A DNA stretch of 64,000 nt from Takakia lepidozioides (lineage: Eukaryota; Plantae; Bryophyta), in assembly GCA_030704615.1 (NCBI GenBank), contig CM060733.1:8370001-8434000 (forward strand). Reading direction: 5' to 3'. Both the position numbers and the translations under genes were made by a program. Under the pieces are notes generated by a model that searched no databases, was not told the origin of the DNA, and saw nothing but the letters and a program-made list of their open reading frames with translations. Shown piece by piece: positions 36,223 to 48,617 of this stretch; positions within the stretch are counted from its first letter, which is position 1; every line of letters begins with the position of its first letter.

Positions 36223-37265
36223 TGTTAGAGGACTGTCTGGGACTTAGACACTTATAAGAGATCTGTGGGGTACCCTTAATTTTTGCACAGACTGAGACCA
36301 ACAGAGCCTTAGGGGTGACAGCAGCGCACTGTAGAAGGGGGTTACACAGTCCGTCACAGTCCAACACAGCCGTCACAGTCGTCACAGCCGACACAGCCAG
36401 ACACAGTCAGCACAGCTCGTCACAGTCAGCACAGCTCGTCACAGCCGACACAGCCATCACAGCCAACACAGCCCGTCACAGCCGACACAGCACACAGCAG
36501 ACACAGTCAGCACAGCTAGTCACAGCCGACACAGCCACACAGCCAGTCACAGCCCGACACAGCCGACACAGTCGCACAGCCAGTCACAGTTTCACACAGC
36601 CAGTCACAGCTTGACACAGCTGTCACGATCATAGGGAACGGAGAGCAGGACAGGGAACGACTGTGGGGAACAATACCTGCAAATGGAACATATTAGTTCA
36701 CGGACAACGGTTAGTGAGGAAACGGTTAGAGCCACGGGTAGGAAATAAAGGGAGAAGCAAGGACTGAGATGAGGGATCAATCTTGGAGGCACTGGAGGGG
36801 AGGATTTCTTGGTCATGGATGAGAGGGGATCGGGCGGAGAGCAAGAACGAAAGCAAGCATAGAGAGCACGGTGAAGGAGAGAGATGATTAGTAAATGCTT
36901 GTTATATGCAAAGCGGTAGTGATATTGTAGAGGAGATTAGAGACACAATGGCTTCGGCCTGATACCTGATAAATCATAATATGATACTTATACGATACAA
37001 TCACACTGTGTAGAGAGATCTGAGTGAAGCTGTGGAATGAATGGATGAGTTGATGAGCAAACTGATACTCAATTATCAATAGTAAGGTAGCTAGCTAACA
37101 TGAATGCGGAAAGGAAAACAAATAGGAAACACCCCCATGATACACTAGCTGTAGGTCATGACTGATTGTTCTGAGCGGGCTGAGTACTTAGAGATTTCCA
37201 ACTCTTCTATCTTGGAGTTTCCGCCTCGGATAGCGAAGGGATGGGTGAGTAAAAGCTGCGCGACA
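36223..37265 (+). repeat. 3' LTR
   Basis: TGTTAGAGG...GCTGCGCGACA, 1043 bp. Confidence 0.96.
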
Positions 37266-38308
37266 GGGTTGTCTAAGTTTCGTACTACATTCAGTTTTCG
37301 ATATGAAACAAAATGTTTGGTTCACAACCATCCAGTTCTTTAGGATTCGAAAGTTAAATTTTGGTCAATGGTTTCATAGCACATTGAAGCTATGAAAGCT
37401 ATATTTAGGGTTTGATTGTTGGCTCTTATCTTTGTAGTGTGGATTGCTAATGTCATTCAATATTGGATTATGTAATAGAGCCTTTGATTTCCTGTTGCAT
37501 TCAATTTTGGAGAATTTGAAATTAAAATTTGGTTTCATACCACATTGAGAATATAAACATTGCTAGAAATCGGTCATTTTGCAATAGGCTAAACAACAGA
37601 AAAATGTGTTGTATGTCAGTCCTAGCCAAATCGCCGGAACGATGCATCTGTCGTATCGGATGCGTTCTTTATCTAATTGTAAAATTACACAATGTACTCG
37701 AGTCAATGCAAAAATTGACCAAAAACTTGCCTAATCAGATCTGCCACATCATCATCCACGTCATAATAAAATATTACATTCTCCATGTGATAAATTAAAG
37801 TTGAATCATGAAAGGTCATTTGCATCAAATAGACTTGTTTTCACATGGTTTTGAACTTGCATAGCTGGCTCCTCCATGTTAGTTTAGAACCACATTCCAA
37901 TTGAAAGTATGGAGGAGGAAAGACAATGATGCTAAAGCCTCTACTGAAGAGATTTAAAAAAAAAAAAATGATGAAGAAGACAAGCGAGGGTTGAAGACTC
38001 ATCATACTTGGATAATTAGGGCATCAAACCAAACCTGATTAAATTAAATTAAACTAACCATGAGTCATGGATGGCATGTGATGAATCATGGATCATGGGG
38101 ATATGGAGCATACAGTTCATGGATGGCAGATGTGGAGCAAAGATGATTGTAGTGGTTCCACATTCTCCCACCAGGAATCAGGGACACAAGGGAGCCCATG
38201 TTCTTACCAGTGTTGGGCGGTTATTTATACTTTTTGCTAACAGGTGGTTGCAGTTACATTGGAACTTAATATTGAAAGAACCTTGTAGGCCAGTTACTTC
38301 AATTTATT

Positions 38309-40286
38309 GAGGTTTACTATTTCATGAGCCCATGAGCCCATGAGCCCATGAGCCTATGAGCTCATGAGCGGGCATCCGCGAAATTGGAATTTTCGTGCCT
38401 TTATTGACGGTGTTATGTCATCTTACTTCGATAATAGGGTCTGTTTCTCCTGGTCCAGGATGCGGAATGAGGTATTTCGGCGCCGTTATTCCACGTCACC
38501 ACTATAAAACATTGTGCAGGACAGGAAAAAAACACAAAATTGTAGCCCTCACAAGCCATTGTGCTGACAAGGTAATATATTTAGGGTCAGACGACAGTTG
38601 AACTTGCAAACCCCATTCAACTCAACATCAAGCCCACATTGACATGACGCTCGAAATAAAAACATCAGGCAACCACAAGTTTTTATTTTGTACAGTGACT
38701 ACTCCGAGCTTCCATCATCAGAAATACCACTGCGGCATAAGAAACCTGTGGAACTACCATATCCTGGAGCCTGTGCCCTCCAATCACCCTCCACAATGAT
38801 CCTTACCGCGCTATGCTGCTACGTTGACATCCACAACACGAACCACCGAGTCGTCGAACCACAGGTCCAGAATTAGGAGTGGTGTGATAGTTGTCCACTG
38901 CGCATTGCCGTTTTCTGGATTAAGATGGCGAACATAAAGATACAAGATATCTATAGAGGTCACGTTCGTGAAAACATGCAGATATTGGAGGCCTCCTATT
39001 GGGACCTCCTCCACAGCATCATGAAATTCGCAAAACATCTAGGACAAACCTGTTCCGATTCTCCCTTAGTGTAACACCCGCTAAAACAAAGAAGCAGAAA
39101 CAGCCTGTTCAGGAAGAGGGTGAGGAAGAGGACTCCGATGGAGACTTTGCAACCAGCCCACCCCCCCAAACGCAGGCTGCCTCCCCTGTGCCCACCGTTG
39201 TCATGAGAGGCACGAGAACTGGCTCGGCAAAAAATGCACTCTTCAACCCCCCAGGGGGGCACCCTTTCGAGCCGGTGGAAATGAAGAGGCCGAAAGTGGC
39301 TCCCGAAACAGTAGTCCAGTGTGTAAATGAGAGTTTCTTGGCGGCTTTGGATGGACGGGCAGCCAAGTTGGCATACATGAAGACCATGGAGGGTCTGAAG
39401 GGCAGAGCACTGAAGAAGGCGACTGCCGAAGAGCCTTCCGACACCCCAGGATTTCAGAATATGGTCTCGTTCTTTGAGAGGGTGTGTGCAGACAAGGATT
39501 GTAGGAGGGGCGGAAATGCCACCGAGTGGTCTTGCAATATGATCATCTTGGATATTCCAGACGGAGAGCCTGTGGAAGGACTGCAAGCTTTGCCATCTTG
39601 GAACAGGTACTCGGAGGACTTTTGGAAGAAATGATTCGGGCTTGCCCGCATGGTGTTGGACGACAGAGGCTGTGTGGTTGTCCTGGCGAGCAGAGGAAAA
39701 AACACTCAGACAGGAATTGCGAAGTGGACCCGCAAGAGCGCCGTCCCGATTCTGAAAAAGAAGTGGACGTGCATCAACACACTGGGCCTTCGGTCGGAAG
39801 GGAAGAAGGTGATTACGACACTGGCACTCGTCCATTCATTTGCTTGGGTGTTTTCAAATGCGGTGCCGCATTCGGTTTCTAATCGTTCCCCCCTGTGTAT
39901 GCAGACGAAGCAGTTCGATGCATACTGCTTTGTGAAGGAGAACTCCACCTTTGCTTTCCGGAAGGAGGGAGGAAAGGTTGACCCGAACTGCGACCCCCTC
40001 GATTACGACGTTCTGTTCAACAACGTTCCCAAGGAACTTCTCCCTCATCGGCAGGTTGCATGGTCCTTACAACCAAAACCAATACACTTACTATGGTGCA
40101 ACTCACTCGAAGACAGGCATTGCAGGAAGCGGCTTCGGGCGCCCCTGCATCGTACGAATTTCCTGGACTTCCTCCTCCTCCTCTTCCTCCTCCCCTTCCA
40201 TGTCCTCTTCTGCATTTTTGGGATCCTCAGTCGGAGGCAGACGCTGTAGGCCCGCCAAATTGAAATCGTACAATGCCGTATCCCCC
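38309..40286 (-). mobile_element. Third, rearranged copy of the Mutator-like element
   Basis: 38309-38492 is the reverse complement of 13961-14144 (terminus); 40045-40286 is the reverse complement of 12655-12896; the 1.55 kb between them is different sequence. Confidence 0.88.
38999..40045 (+). pseudogene. Paralogous amino-methyltransferase-like gene, N-terminal catalytic half
   Basis: ORFs 38999-39634 and 39650-40249 are in frame across one TGA: CNMIILDIPDG...PSWN..SEDFWKK*FGLARMVLDDRGCVVVLA...KWTCINTLGL...FDAYCFVKENSTFAFRKEGGKVDPNCDPLDYDVLFNNV; possible 96-nt intron 39809-39904. Confidence 0.68.
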
Positions 40287-40324
40287 ATTTGACAATGTGT
40301 GCACTATGTATGGGATAAGGAGGC

Positions 40325-40992
40325 AACATAGTGCGCCCTACTGACCTCAGTGCAATGGGATGGTTGAAAGGGTGATCAGATCGCTGAAAATCAGCATCAC
40401 TACCCTAGGAACCAACAACTCTGCTGAGTGGGACAAACATATGTATAAGGCCTTGATGGGATACAGGATGGGGGTACAAGCCACCACCAACTTCTCCCCT
40501 TTTCAGGTTCTGACCGAGAGGTTGCCTAGGTTAGGCATTGACAATGAGTTGAAGCAGTTGTCTGAACCAGTGGAGGATAGTGACTCACCGGAGGCCATGG
40601 CTATGATGATGAGCAAGAAGGTGCAATTCCTTCATGAGCTCAAGCATAAATTGAAATCCAATGTCAAGAAGGGTCAGCAACGCCAAGCACGAGGCTATGA
40701 ACGCATGAAAGAAGCTGGTCATCAGTATGAGGAGCTGCCTGATAATGCTCTGGTGATGATGATTCGACTAGGAAAGCATGGAGCTATGGTAAGTCCATGG
40801 GAGGGGCCGTATTCCTTTCAGGGGTACAAAAATCCAAAGAATTCAAGACCAGCCAGTGAGGCTGAACGCAAATGTTTGTTGAAGGATGGTGCTGGCAAGA
40901 TATGGGTGCACAGCAGGCGAGACATTATACTGTATGTGCAGGATGTGACCAAGGAAGGAGGTACAATGGACAACGGGGACGCTGCTTCTTAA
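40325..40992 (+). mobile_element. Gypsy-type integrase 3' fragment
   Basis: PQCNGMVERVIRSLK...WDKHMYKALMGYRMGVQATTNFSPFQVL...SPWEGPYSF. Confidence 0.8.
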
Positions 40993-41624
40993 AAAAGGGA
41001 GACTCACTACACATGTAGTGGGAAGATATGGCCTCTCATGTGTTGCAAATTTTCCTACGTATTGTGACATTGTGTTAATGTAGTACTGAATGATTTTGGT
41101 GCAGCTATGATGATATAGTTAATATCCTTCATCTGCCCTAGTTTCATAACAACATAGGTAGCTCGTGGAGACACGTGCTTCAAAAAGTGGTTTGTGATTA
41201 AGAGCTTCTGCTGCGAATCAGGCAACATCTTCGATACGGCTTGTAAAATCTGTGGAGCAGCTGTGAGTCTTTATGCATAACATTTGTCATGTAGGGAGTC
41301 CATGCAATCTCGTGAGCAGCGTTTGTGATATGGGAATGATGGCAGATCTAGAAACTACAGGAGGCTTTTATGCCTGTCCAGAGTGCTCGATTAGAATAGC
41401 AGAGGATGATCTGCGTTTGAGAGAGAATCTAAGGGCCAATGTAGGATAGAATCGGCTTTATGAAGACAGTCTGTCTGAACTGCCAGAGGGGATGGGATGA
41501 TCATCACCGGAGGGGATGGACAAGGGGATATAAACGGCGGCGAGGCAGGTTGAAGCCAGGGTTTTTTGGGGTGATTGTGAGGCTGTGAGCGATGAAGGTG
41601 GAGGCATTGAGCGAAGCCAATTGG

Positions 41625-42697
41625 AGGGTGAGGCTGCAAGATGCAATGGGCAAGTAGGATATGGGCGGACTTTGGAAAAGCTTCGGTGATGCCAGGCACG
41701 ATTTGTAGTTAAGCTCTGAATGTTTTAAATGTGATAAGGAAGTCTGGCTGACAACGCCATTTTGGGGAAGATGTGTCTATTCTCCGAGTTGAGGGATGCA
41801 TAAGGGGTAGGCAGAGTGGTGATACTGAGTGAAGTAGGAAGATGTCGAGAGCATTTGGAATTGCTTTGAGAGCACAAAAGAGAGAGTCTGGAACTAAGTG
41901 TGGAACGGGGAATTCATAGAGTGAAAGGGTCGCCAGTTGCTACCTGTCGAATTCTGCATTTATGTAGTGCATCAGGTCTATGTTTGGAAAAAGCCCTAGA
42001 GTTACCAGCAGCAGAGTAAATACTGCACTATTAGGTCTCTGGTTGTGTCTGAACTTAGTGGTTCAGCGAGAAGGTAAGGATTAAAGTCAGATGGTCTTAA
42101 TAGGTGATCGCAGCAACACACGCATCCATGTAGAATAACAAGTATCCGTTCAGACACAACAATTAGGTATGCTTGAGGGGTCCTGAGATTGGTGGGGAGA
42201 GTTTCTGGTAATTGGCATATACTCCATGGGCTACGGGTCAGTGTTTACTGTCATAATTTCTTCTCTGCAGTGTGAGCTGAGAGAAAAACAGAGAAGATGG
42301 TGAGGATGAGAGAACTTGACAGAAAGGATAACTTCAGTGGTGACAAGGCCAAGTATGGACTGCAAGGTCACACATGAATAGGAACCAGCCCTGTGAACAC
42401 TTGGAGAAAGAACATAGAGGGGAGAAGAAAGAAAAGAGAGAGAGAGATGCCGGGTAAGATCCTGCACAGCATGATCATATAGCAAAAGGGAACATTGCCA
42501 TAACAAAAACCAGCATTTGTTGATACTCACGGGCGGGCATGAACAATGGGTTCTAGCTGTGAACAGATGGGGGCTTGCTGCACATATGCAATCATCATCA
42601 ATTGCGAATCAACAATCACATACCATGACTGTCTTACCTTCCGCTGCGGCAGCAGTGGTATGCAGATTGGTGGGCAACTCTGAATGCTAATATTGAA
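41625..42697 (-). repeat. Inverted copy of 19772-21485
   Basis: Direct read-across of the reverse complement. Confidence 0.85.
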
Positions 42698-45139
42698 TGT
42701 CAGGGTTTCTATGGGGGCCCTCTTTTCTCACTACACAGTAACAGCCCCAATAGATTGTGTTGTGGCATACGGGTTATACAAGTTAATGCAGCTGAATCCA
42801 ACATTAATGCGTCCACTGGGATGCCAAGATTTCCTGCATGGGTTCCACTGGAACTGGCAAACATTCAAAAAAAAGTGAAATGGTAAAGAGGCCTGAAGAC
42901 AGTAATTCACCCGGGCAAAACTTGAACGATGTCTCCCAGGTGTGGCCATTTAGCTCAGCTCCACCAGGGCCCTAATATACTTATCTCCATAAACGATAAT
43001 GCAGGTAGGAGGGCCTATCGCTTGCTGTGCAGCTTTGCAGATTCTTCTTTAACTCTCTCAGCCCAAAATGGGGCGAAGAGTGTGAAAAGCCAGGCCCCGA
43101 TTAACCCAAGTCCTCCGATCATCCCAGTAAAGTAGGAAATATCTTGTGTGAGAGCCAGGATTTCGTCCGCATGTTTGGGATCTACTGTATGAAGTCTAGC
43201 ATCTGTTCCTTCGATCATTGCCCTGGCTTCGTGACGAGGATATCCCTGCACACAGGTGCTGAGGTAAGAACGTAAGGACCATGGCCGCCAAAGCACTTCA
43301 CCCAACTGAGTCTCAGTCACACACAGGAACAACCTGAAATCTTCCAAGGCTTAATCTACACTAGTGTTTAGTGCACTTTCAAAGACACTAAAGGATGTCC
43401 ATTTTTTCACCAGCAATCTTATAAAAAGTATGTGATAAAAAATTGGCAAGCCAACAACAGGATGGATTTGATGAACTGGGCTCCTCCCCTTGCTATCAAA
43501 TTTTTTTTAAGAAAGAGATGGAGTTGCTCGCGTGGAATGACTTTAGGCTCACCCACCTCCTGTTATTTTTCCAAATCTAACCGGATTTTTCATTCAATGT
43601 AGGGCGTGTTGGGATTGCGGAGAGAAGACCATCGGTTGGACGGAAGAACAAGGTTGAGGTATGTTTCTAGCTTTTTCTGTCTGCGATAGCCTAGTTGGCT
43701 GCTGCCTCAAGGGCGCGGCTCAAAGCTCTAGTGAACAGCTGCCATTTTGAAGTATGGCAACTCATGTATTACGAGAGTATTAGAAGTTCTTTGTCTCTGC
43801 AGGTAAAAGTGTGGAACTAGTCAAGAACAATCTGTTTTGCACAATCTGTTGTGTAGCAGGGATTCCGAGCGTGGTAGGCTGAAATGGCAGTTCCTGGCCC
43901 CCGATCATTTCCTTCCTGTTCAGTGAACTCTCCCCTTATCCTCTAGGACAAAAAAGAAAAGAAAAAGGTGTTCGACTATTGTCTCTCCCCAACACAGACA
44001 GAATCTCGACACAAGAAACTGGAAAGTTCATCGATCAAATTTCTAATACCTTCTCAATGAGGGTCTCCTCCGCCAGTTTCTGTCACATACACGACAAGCC
44101 TGTGAGGAAAGCGCTTCACTAGTGTGGACGAATAACAATTTACCATGCGAAGTAGACAAATCACAGTGCAGACAGTACTAGTTAAAGCATGCATATACCC
44201 ATGTGCGTCGAGGCAGCGGCAATGGACATTTGATCGTATTGCGAGGTCATCGCTGACTTGATTCTAGGGGAAGAGAATGGTACTCATCCCGTCCCTGCGG
44301 ACGTTGCCTTGCCATTGCCTTACGGCCAATGAAACTAATCCTTAACTTCTCTTGGGGGTTCGCACCCACCCTGGGATAACTTAGCTTATCCCCGCAGCTC
44401 AGCTGCAGGTATAAACTTTCTTTTATTTCTAGGGGAAGAGAGGGGGATAGAGGGACATCTGATCATATCTATAGAACTTATCTTCATCACGTCGATAATT
44501 TATTAAATATAGATCTACATGTAAAGATCTAACTGAATTTCGATGGCGGAGAAACAGGTAACTCAAGAACCATGCTTGATGTGCGAGTTTGAATTTGGAC
44601 GGTTAGCATTAATCTGATCAGTATCTTCATGCTACAGTTGCTGAAATCAAACATTTGAGAGACACACCTTCCGAGCTTGCAAGTCAAACTTTTCCTCCTG
44701 CAATTTCTGCCACACGACATACATCAAGCCATTGTCATAAGCTGGTTTCATAGCACAGCGGTGGCATAAGGGTCAATTAGCGTGAGTTGATTCAAACATA
44801 TAAAACAGCGAAATAAATTAAGAGATCAATTCACACATCGAAACAAGCGAGAGAGAGTTCAGAAGAGAACTCTTATGTAGGCGATTAGAGTCGCCTCCTC
44901 CATCGGCTCTAGCACCGGCACATGGGCGACATGGGCATAAGCTCTGCGCCAAACCTTGTGTGCCTGGGGAATCACCAGCGTCCGACCAAGCATTCTCATT
45001 GCCATCTTCTTGAATCTGACCCTCCCTAAACTCGCAAGAAACAAATCGGTCTCGTGTCAGTCTCGCTCTTTCGTATACAGAAAGGTGAAGACGACGCACA
45101 TGCGTGGAGGCAACAGTGATGGGGGAGCTGTCTGTGCTT

Positions 45140-46520
45140 CCACAACTATGCACACGTGGAGGCCAGCTCAGCCGTTAACTCAGACAGTTGGCGATCATCG
45201 ACTCGAATGCCTGATTACGATTTTTCCAGATTGCCACGTGGGAGAGGATGGGGTTTTGATCCATGTCGACAGTCAAGTGTGAGCTGAACCGTTGCAGTGT
45301 AGAGACTTGTGTGGAGCTCTGGAGTGTAGAGAGAGGAGAGGTGTCCATGGCGGTCGGGTGCTTTCTGGAAAGAAGGTAGGAAAAGAGACGGTGTCCTATG
45401 AGCCTCTGCGTCGAAAGCATAGAGGAGGTGCTTATGGAGAACAGAGATAAGCTGGGTCTGTTCGTGCTTTTATGTAGAATCTGACGGAACTGTTATGAGG
45501 TAAGACACATTCTTTACATAAACAGTTGGGGTGGTGGTGCTCAAGGTGGAGGCAGTTCGTGATAGCAGGCATATAGGAAACAGATGCTTGTATCCATATT
45601 TCTTTGTTGATATCAGTGGGGCTTGTTAAGAGATGGCCCAGCCGATGTTTAAAGGCAGTCAATTGGCGGATTAAGCGTGGGGTTAAAGATGGCTTTGTGT
45701 GCTCTTTTAGGATGGTCATGGAGGAGCTGGCCAAAGGAGGTAACAAACTTTTTGTGGTTATTGCTAGCTTTTTGTTTGGTTATAAGACATGCGGCTTTCT
45801 TTGCACCCCGGCCGAGCTTGGCGAGGCAATTCGGGATAGCACTGTGGAGGAGGCAGGAGGGCTTGACATACGGGGTTGCACCGACAGTCCGGTGGTGAAG
45901 GAGAGAGGGAGGTTAACTCAGTGGGGTAGGTCTAGGCCAGAATTTCTAATTAAGTCATACACTTTTGCTCCGCAGGTGCAGAATCGATGAGCAAAGCATG
46001 CCTCTGTCATGACTCGTATGTACAGTCATTTGAGTATGGTATTCTAGGTTTTTCCTCGGTCCTGTATTCATGAATGACTTCCAGTGTTGTGTGATTTGGT
46101 GTTCTTCCTGGGCACTACTCAGGAATCGTGGGATTTAGAATCAAGCAAGACGGATTTTAACAGGTTGAGACCTCGATTCTAGTATAAAGGTAAACATGGA
46201 GCCTGGAGGTATGCCATCTAAAGATGATTTGAAAAGATTGCAAAGGGATTGAAGCATAGTCCACATGATAAACAAAAAATTACAGGCCTGTGGTCCAACA
46301 GTTGGCCTGCTTTCAGCTGACCCGCACCCAAATTGTCGTGCATTTTGATGAGAGATGTTGGCTGGAAACCACTTTGGACAATAAACTGTGCGTGCACTTG
46401 CTTTCCCGTTAGACATTGGAGTCTGCCAATATCCAAAACGTGCAGCTTCCCAGGCTGCCAGTGACACACCGCTTTGAAGAAAGGCAGGATTAGACTGAAA
46501 GAGAGAGAGGTTATTCTCAT
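45140..46520 (-). mobile_element. Highly degenerate LINE-like remnant
   Basis: LLDHRPVIF (endonuclease-like) and HVAIWKNRNQAF (L1 C-terminal-like) motifs only. Confidence 0.3.
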
Positions 46521-48617
46521 TGAAGGTCTAGGCTAGCATTCCTAACAAAGACCCAGGTGAATGAGTTCTCATGTTTTGTAACTATGTAGAGCAATTATAC
46601 TAACGAGTAAGAACCAGATCACCCTTCCATGAAGTTGGACCACATCCACCACTCTCATATGGTTAAAATAATCATTTTTACTAATTTTACAGTATAACTG
46701 ACCAGATGTTTTAGGGTAGGTGACACTTGGCCTGCATATGACACAGGCAGTCCAAAAAAACCAAAACAAAATTAGGTCCCTCTCCCAAAGGACCCCACTT
46801 GAAAAAATGTGGGTTGGGCACAAGTGTAGGTGGGTCACTCATGCACAGTTCTGGGGTCCCGGGGATGTGAAGCTTGAAATCATAAGGGAAGGGTGATGGA
46901 TCGGAATCTTAGAGAGGATTCAAACACAGACATACGTTGCATGGCAACGAGCAGATAGTACAAAAAGGAAGTATGATCGTCCCTTCTGTCCCTGTTCCGA
47001 TCATGACAAATATGCTTGTCACTTGACGTCGCTGTACATATGTCCAAATTGAATGTGATGTATACACTCCCACGCTAAAAATGTTGTAGCTTGATCATAT
47101 ATCGAACTTCTCCACGTCTTCAACATGATTCAGAATTGACCAGATGATTCCTGCATTTTTGTCCATTGGGCAACTGGATTGTGATGAGTGCGCAGCCCAT
47201 CCGAGGATGAAATCTCAATGATCACCAGCCTGTCTAGGTTTTCGTGCTTGTGGGTCTTATTATCATGCCTTCCAACAGAAGAGGGAAGAGCAGGGTTGCG
47301 AAAGTCGTTGCGTAAGTCGCTCTGAAATTTGGCGAGCAGGTTGCAGCGGAGAAAAGATCGGGGCAGGTGGGCAAGGACGGAGGATAAATGTCGGCAGGTA
47401 CCTGAGACCATTGAGCTTTTAGTGATGACATTACTGCTGCATGCACTTGAAAACTGGAATGATCATGTGGCTGCTCGTAGCAATCTAACATTTCGTGATC
47501 AACCAAAAGTACCACTGATCATCATCATCATCATCCACCGGATAAGTCCATCTACCAGGGACTACCTTTACCGTATAATGTGAACTCTTCGCAAACTTTC
47601 GCACCTTGCTAGTTCAAAGTGGACCAACGCTAGCTCCATTACGATCCACAGATGGACAATAAAGAGATAAGATTTTCGAAACAAGAAAGTTGCAAAAATA
47701 TCAACTAAGTTGTTTACTCACTTAGTATCTTCAACCCTACTTGAAGGGGTCTAGTTTGCGGAGCTCAGAAATCATCTGAAGACAACTAAAAACTGGCCTA
47801 GCAAGCACACACACATAAAACAGTGGCACCTTCCTAGTTATACAACTCCAATATCATGTAGTGAAGTATATGTACACGGGCAACACCACACCGGGAGCTG
47901 CAAAGTAGTTCTAGCGTCTGTCAAGGTCAGTATGATCGAGCTTCTAGCCGTAATAAGGCAATGTGCTCCAGTTGGTTAGAAAAGAACTGAACTTCCAATG
48001 CAAGAGAGATGAGAACATCGTGAGGATGGCGCCGTCTACTGATTGCACGGGACAACCCATCACCCCCACACAGGCAAACCCTAAGCCAGAATCGCCATTA
48101 GCCAGGTTAGAGAGCACAAAAGGAATAAAAGCAACCACCACCATCCCACCCGGTGGACTCTCTCACCCACCATGAAGAAGAATAACGTGAGTGCAACGAA
48201 ACAAGTACAAGGTGATCGCTAGGACAAAATTTGCTTTTCATTCTTTGTAAAATTTCAGGTACAACGATCTTCCGAAGTGGAAATCTCACTATGTTGTGAT
48301 GTCTCGAGTTCAAGCGCACGAAAGTTCCACAGGAAGGTGATGCAACCATGAACCCAAGGATTCTCCCGGGCATTCCTGAAGCCATCATGACTTGGTATAT
48401 ATCTAATGAGAGTGTATCGCCACTAATTGGTGAAAAGATATTACATCGAATCCAACCCCGCCTGTCTGCAACGTGGTCCTGACAGTAGACGATCAAAACC
48501 TCCGAGGTTGTATAATCACAGGGTTGCGTTTACGTGAATATGAGGTAGCTTTGAAAAAAAATAAGCCACGACATTAGAAATTTCACGATGTGTATGGAAA
48601 AAACTAAGTGTATATCC

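Larger units (their letters stand above)
23932..37265 (+). mobile_element. Full-length non-chromovirus Ty3/gypsy LTR retrotransposon (13.3 kb; Phygy/Athila-like)
   Basis: Two 1043-bp TG..CA LTRs, PBS, PPT, flanks AGGTT/GGGTT (4 of 5 TSD match), order gag-PR-RT-RH-INT; no chromodomain or extra RNase H seen. Confidence 0.96.

Noticed and set aside
44859-45010. Mitochondrial-presequence-like exon MAMRMLGRTLVIPQAHKVWRRAYA
   Set aside because: Too short, with no further exons or family identified.
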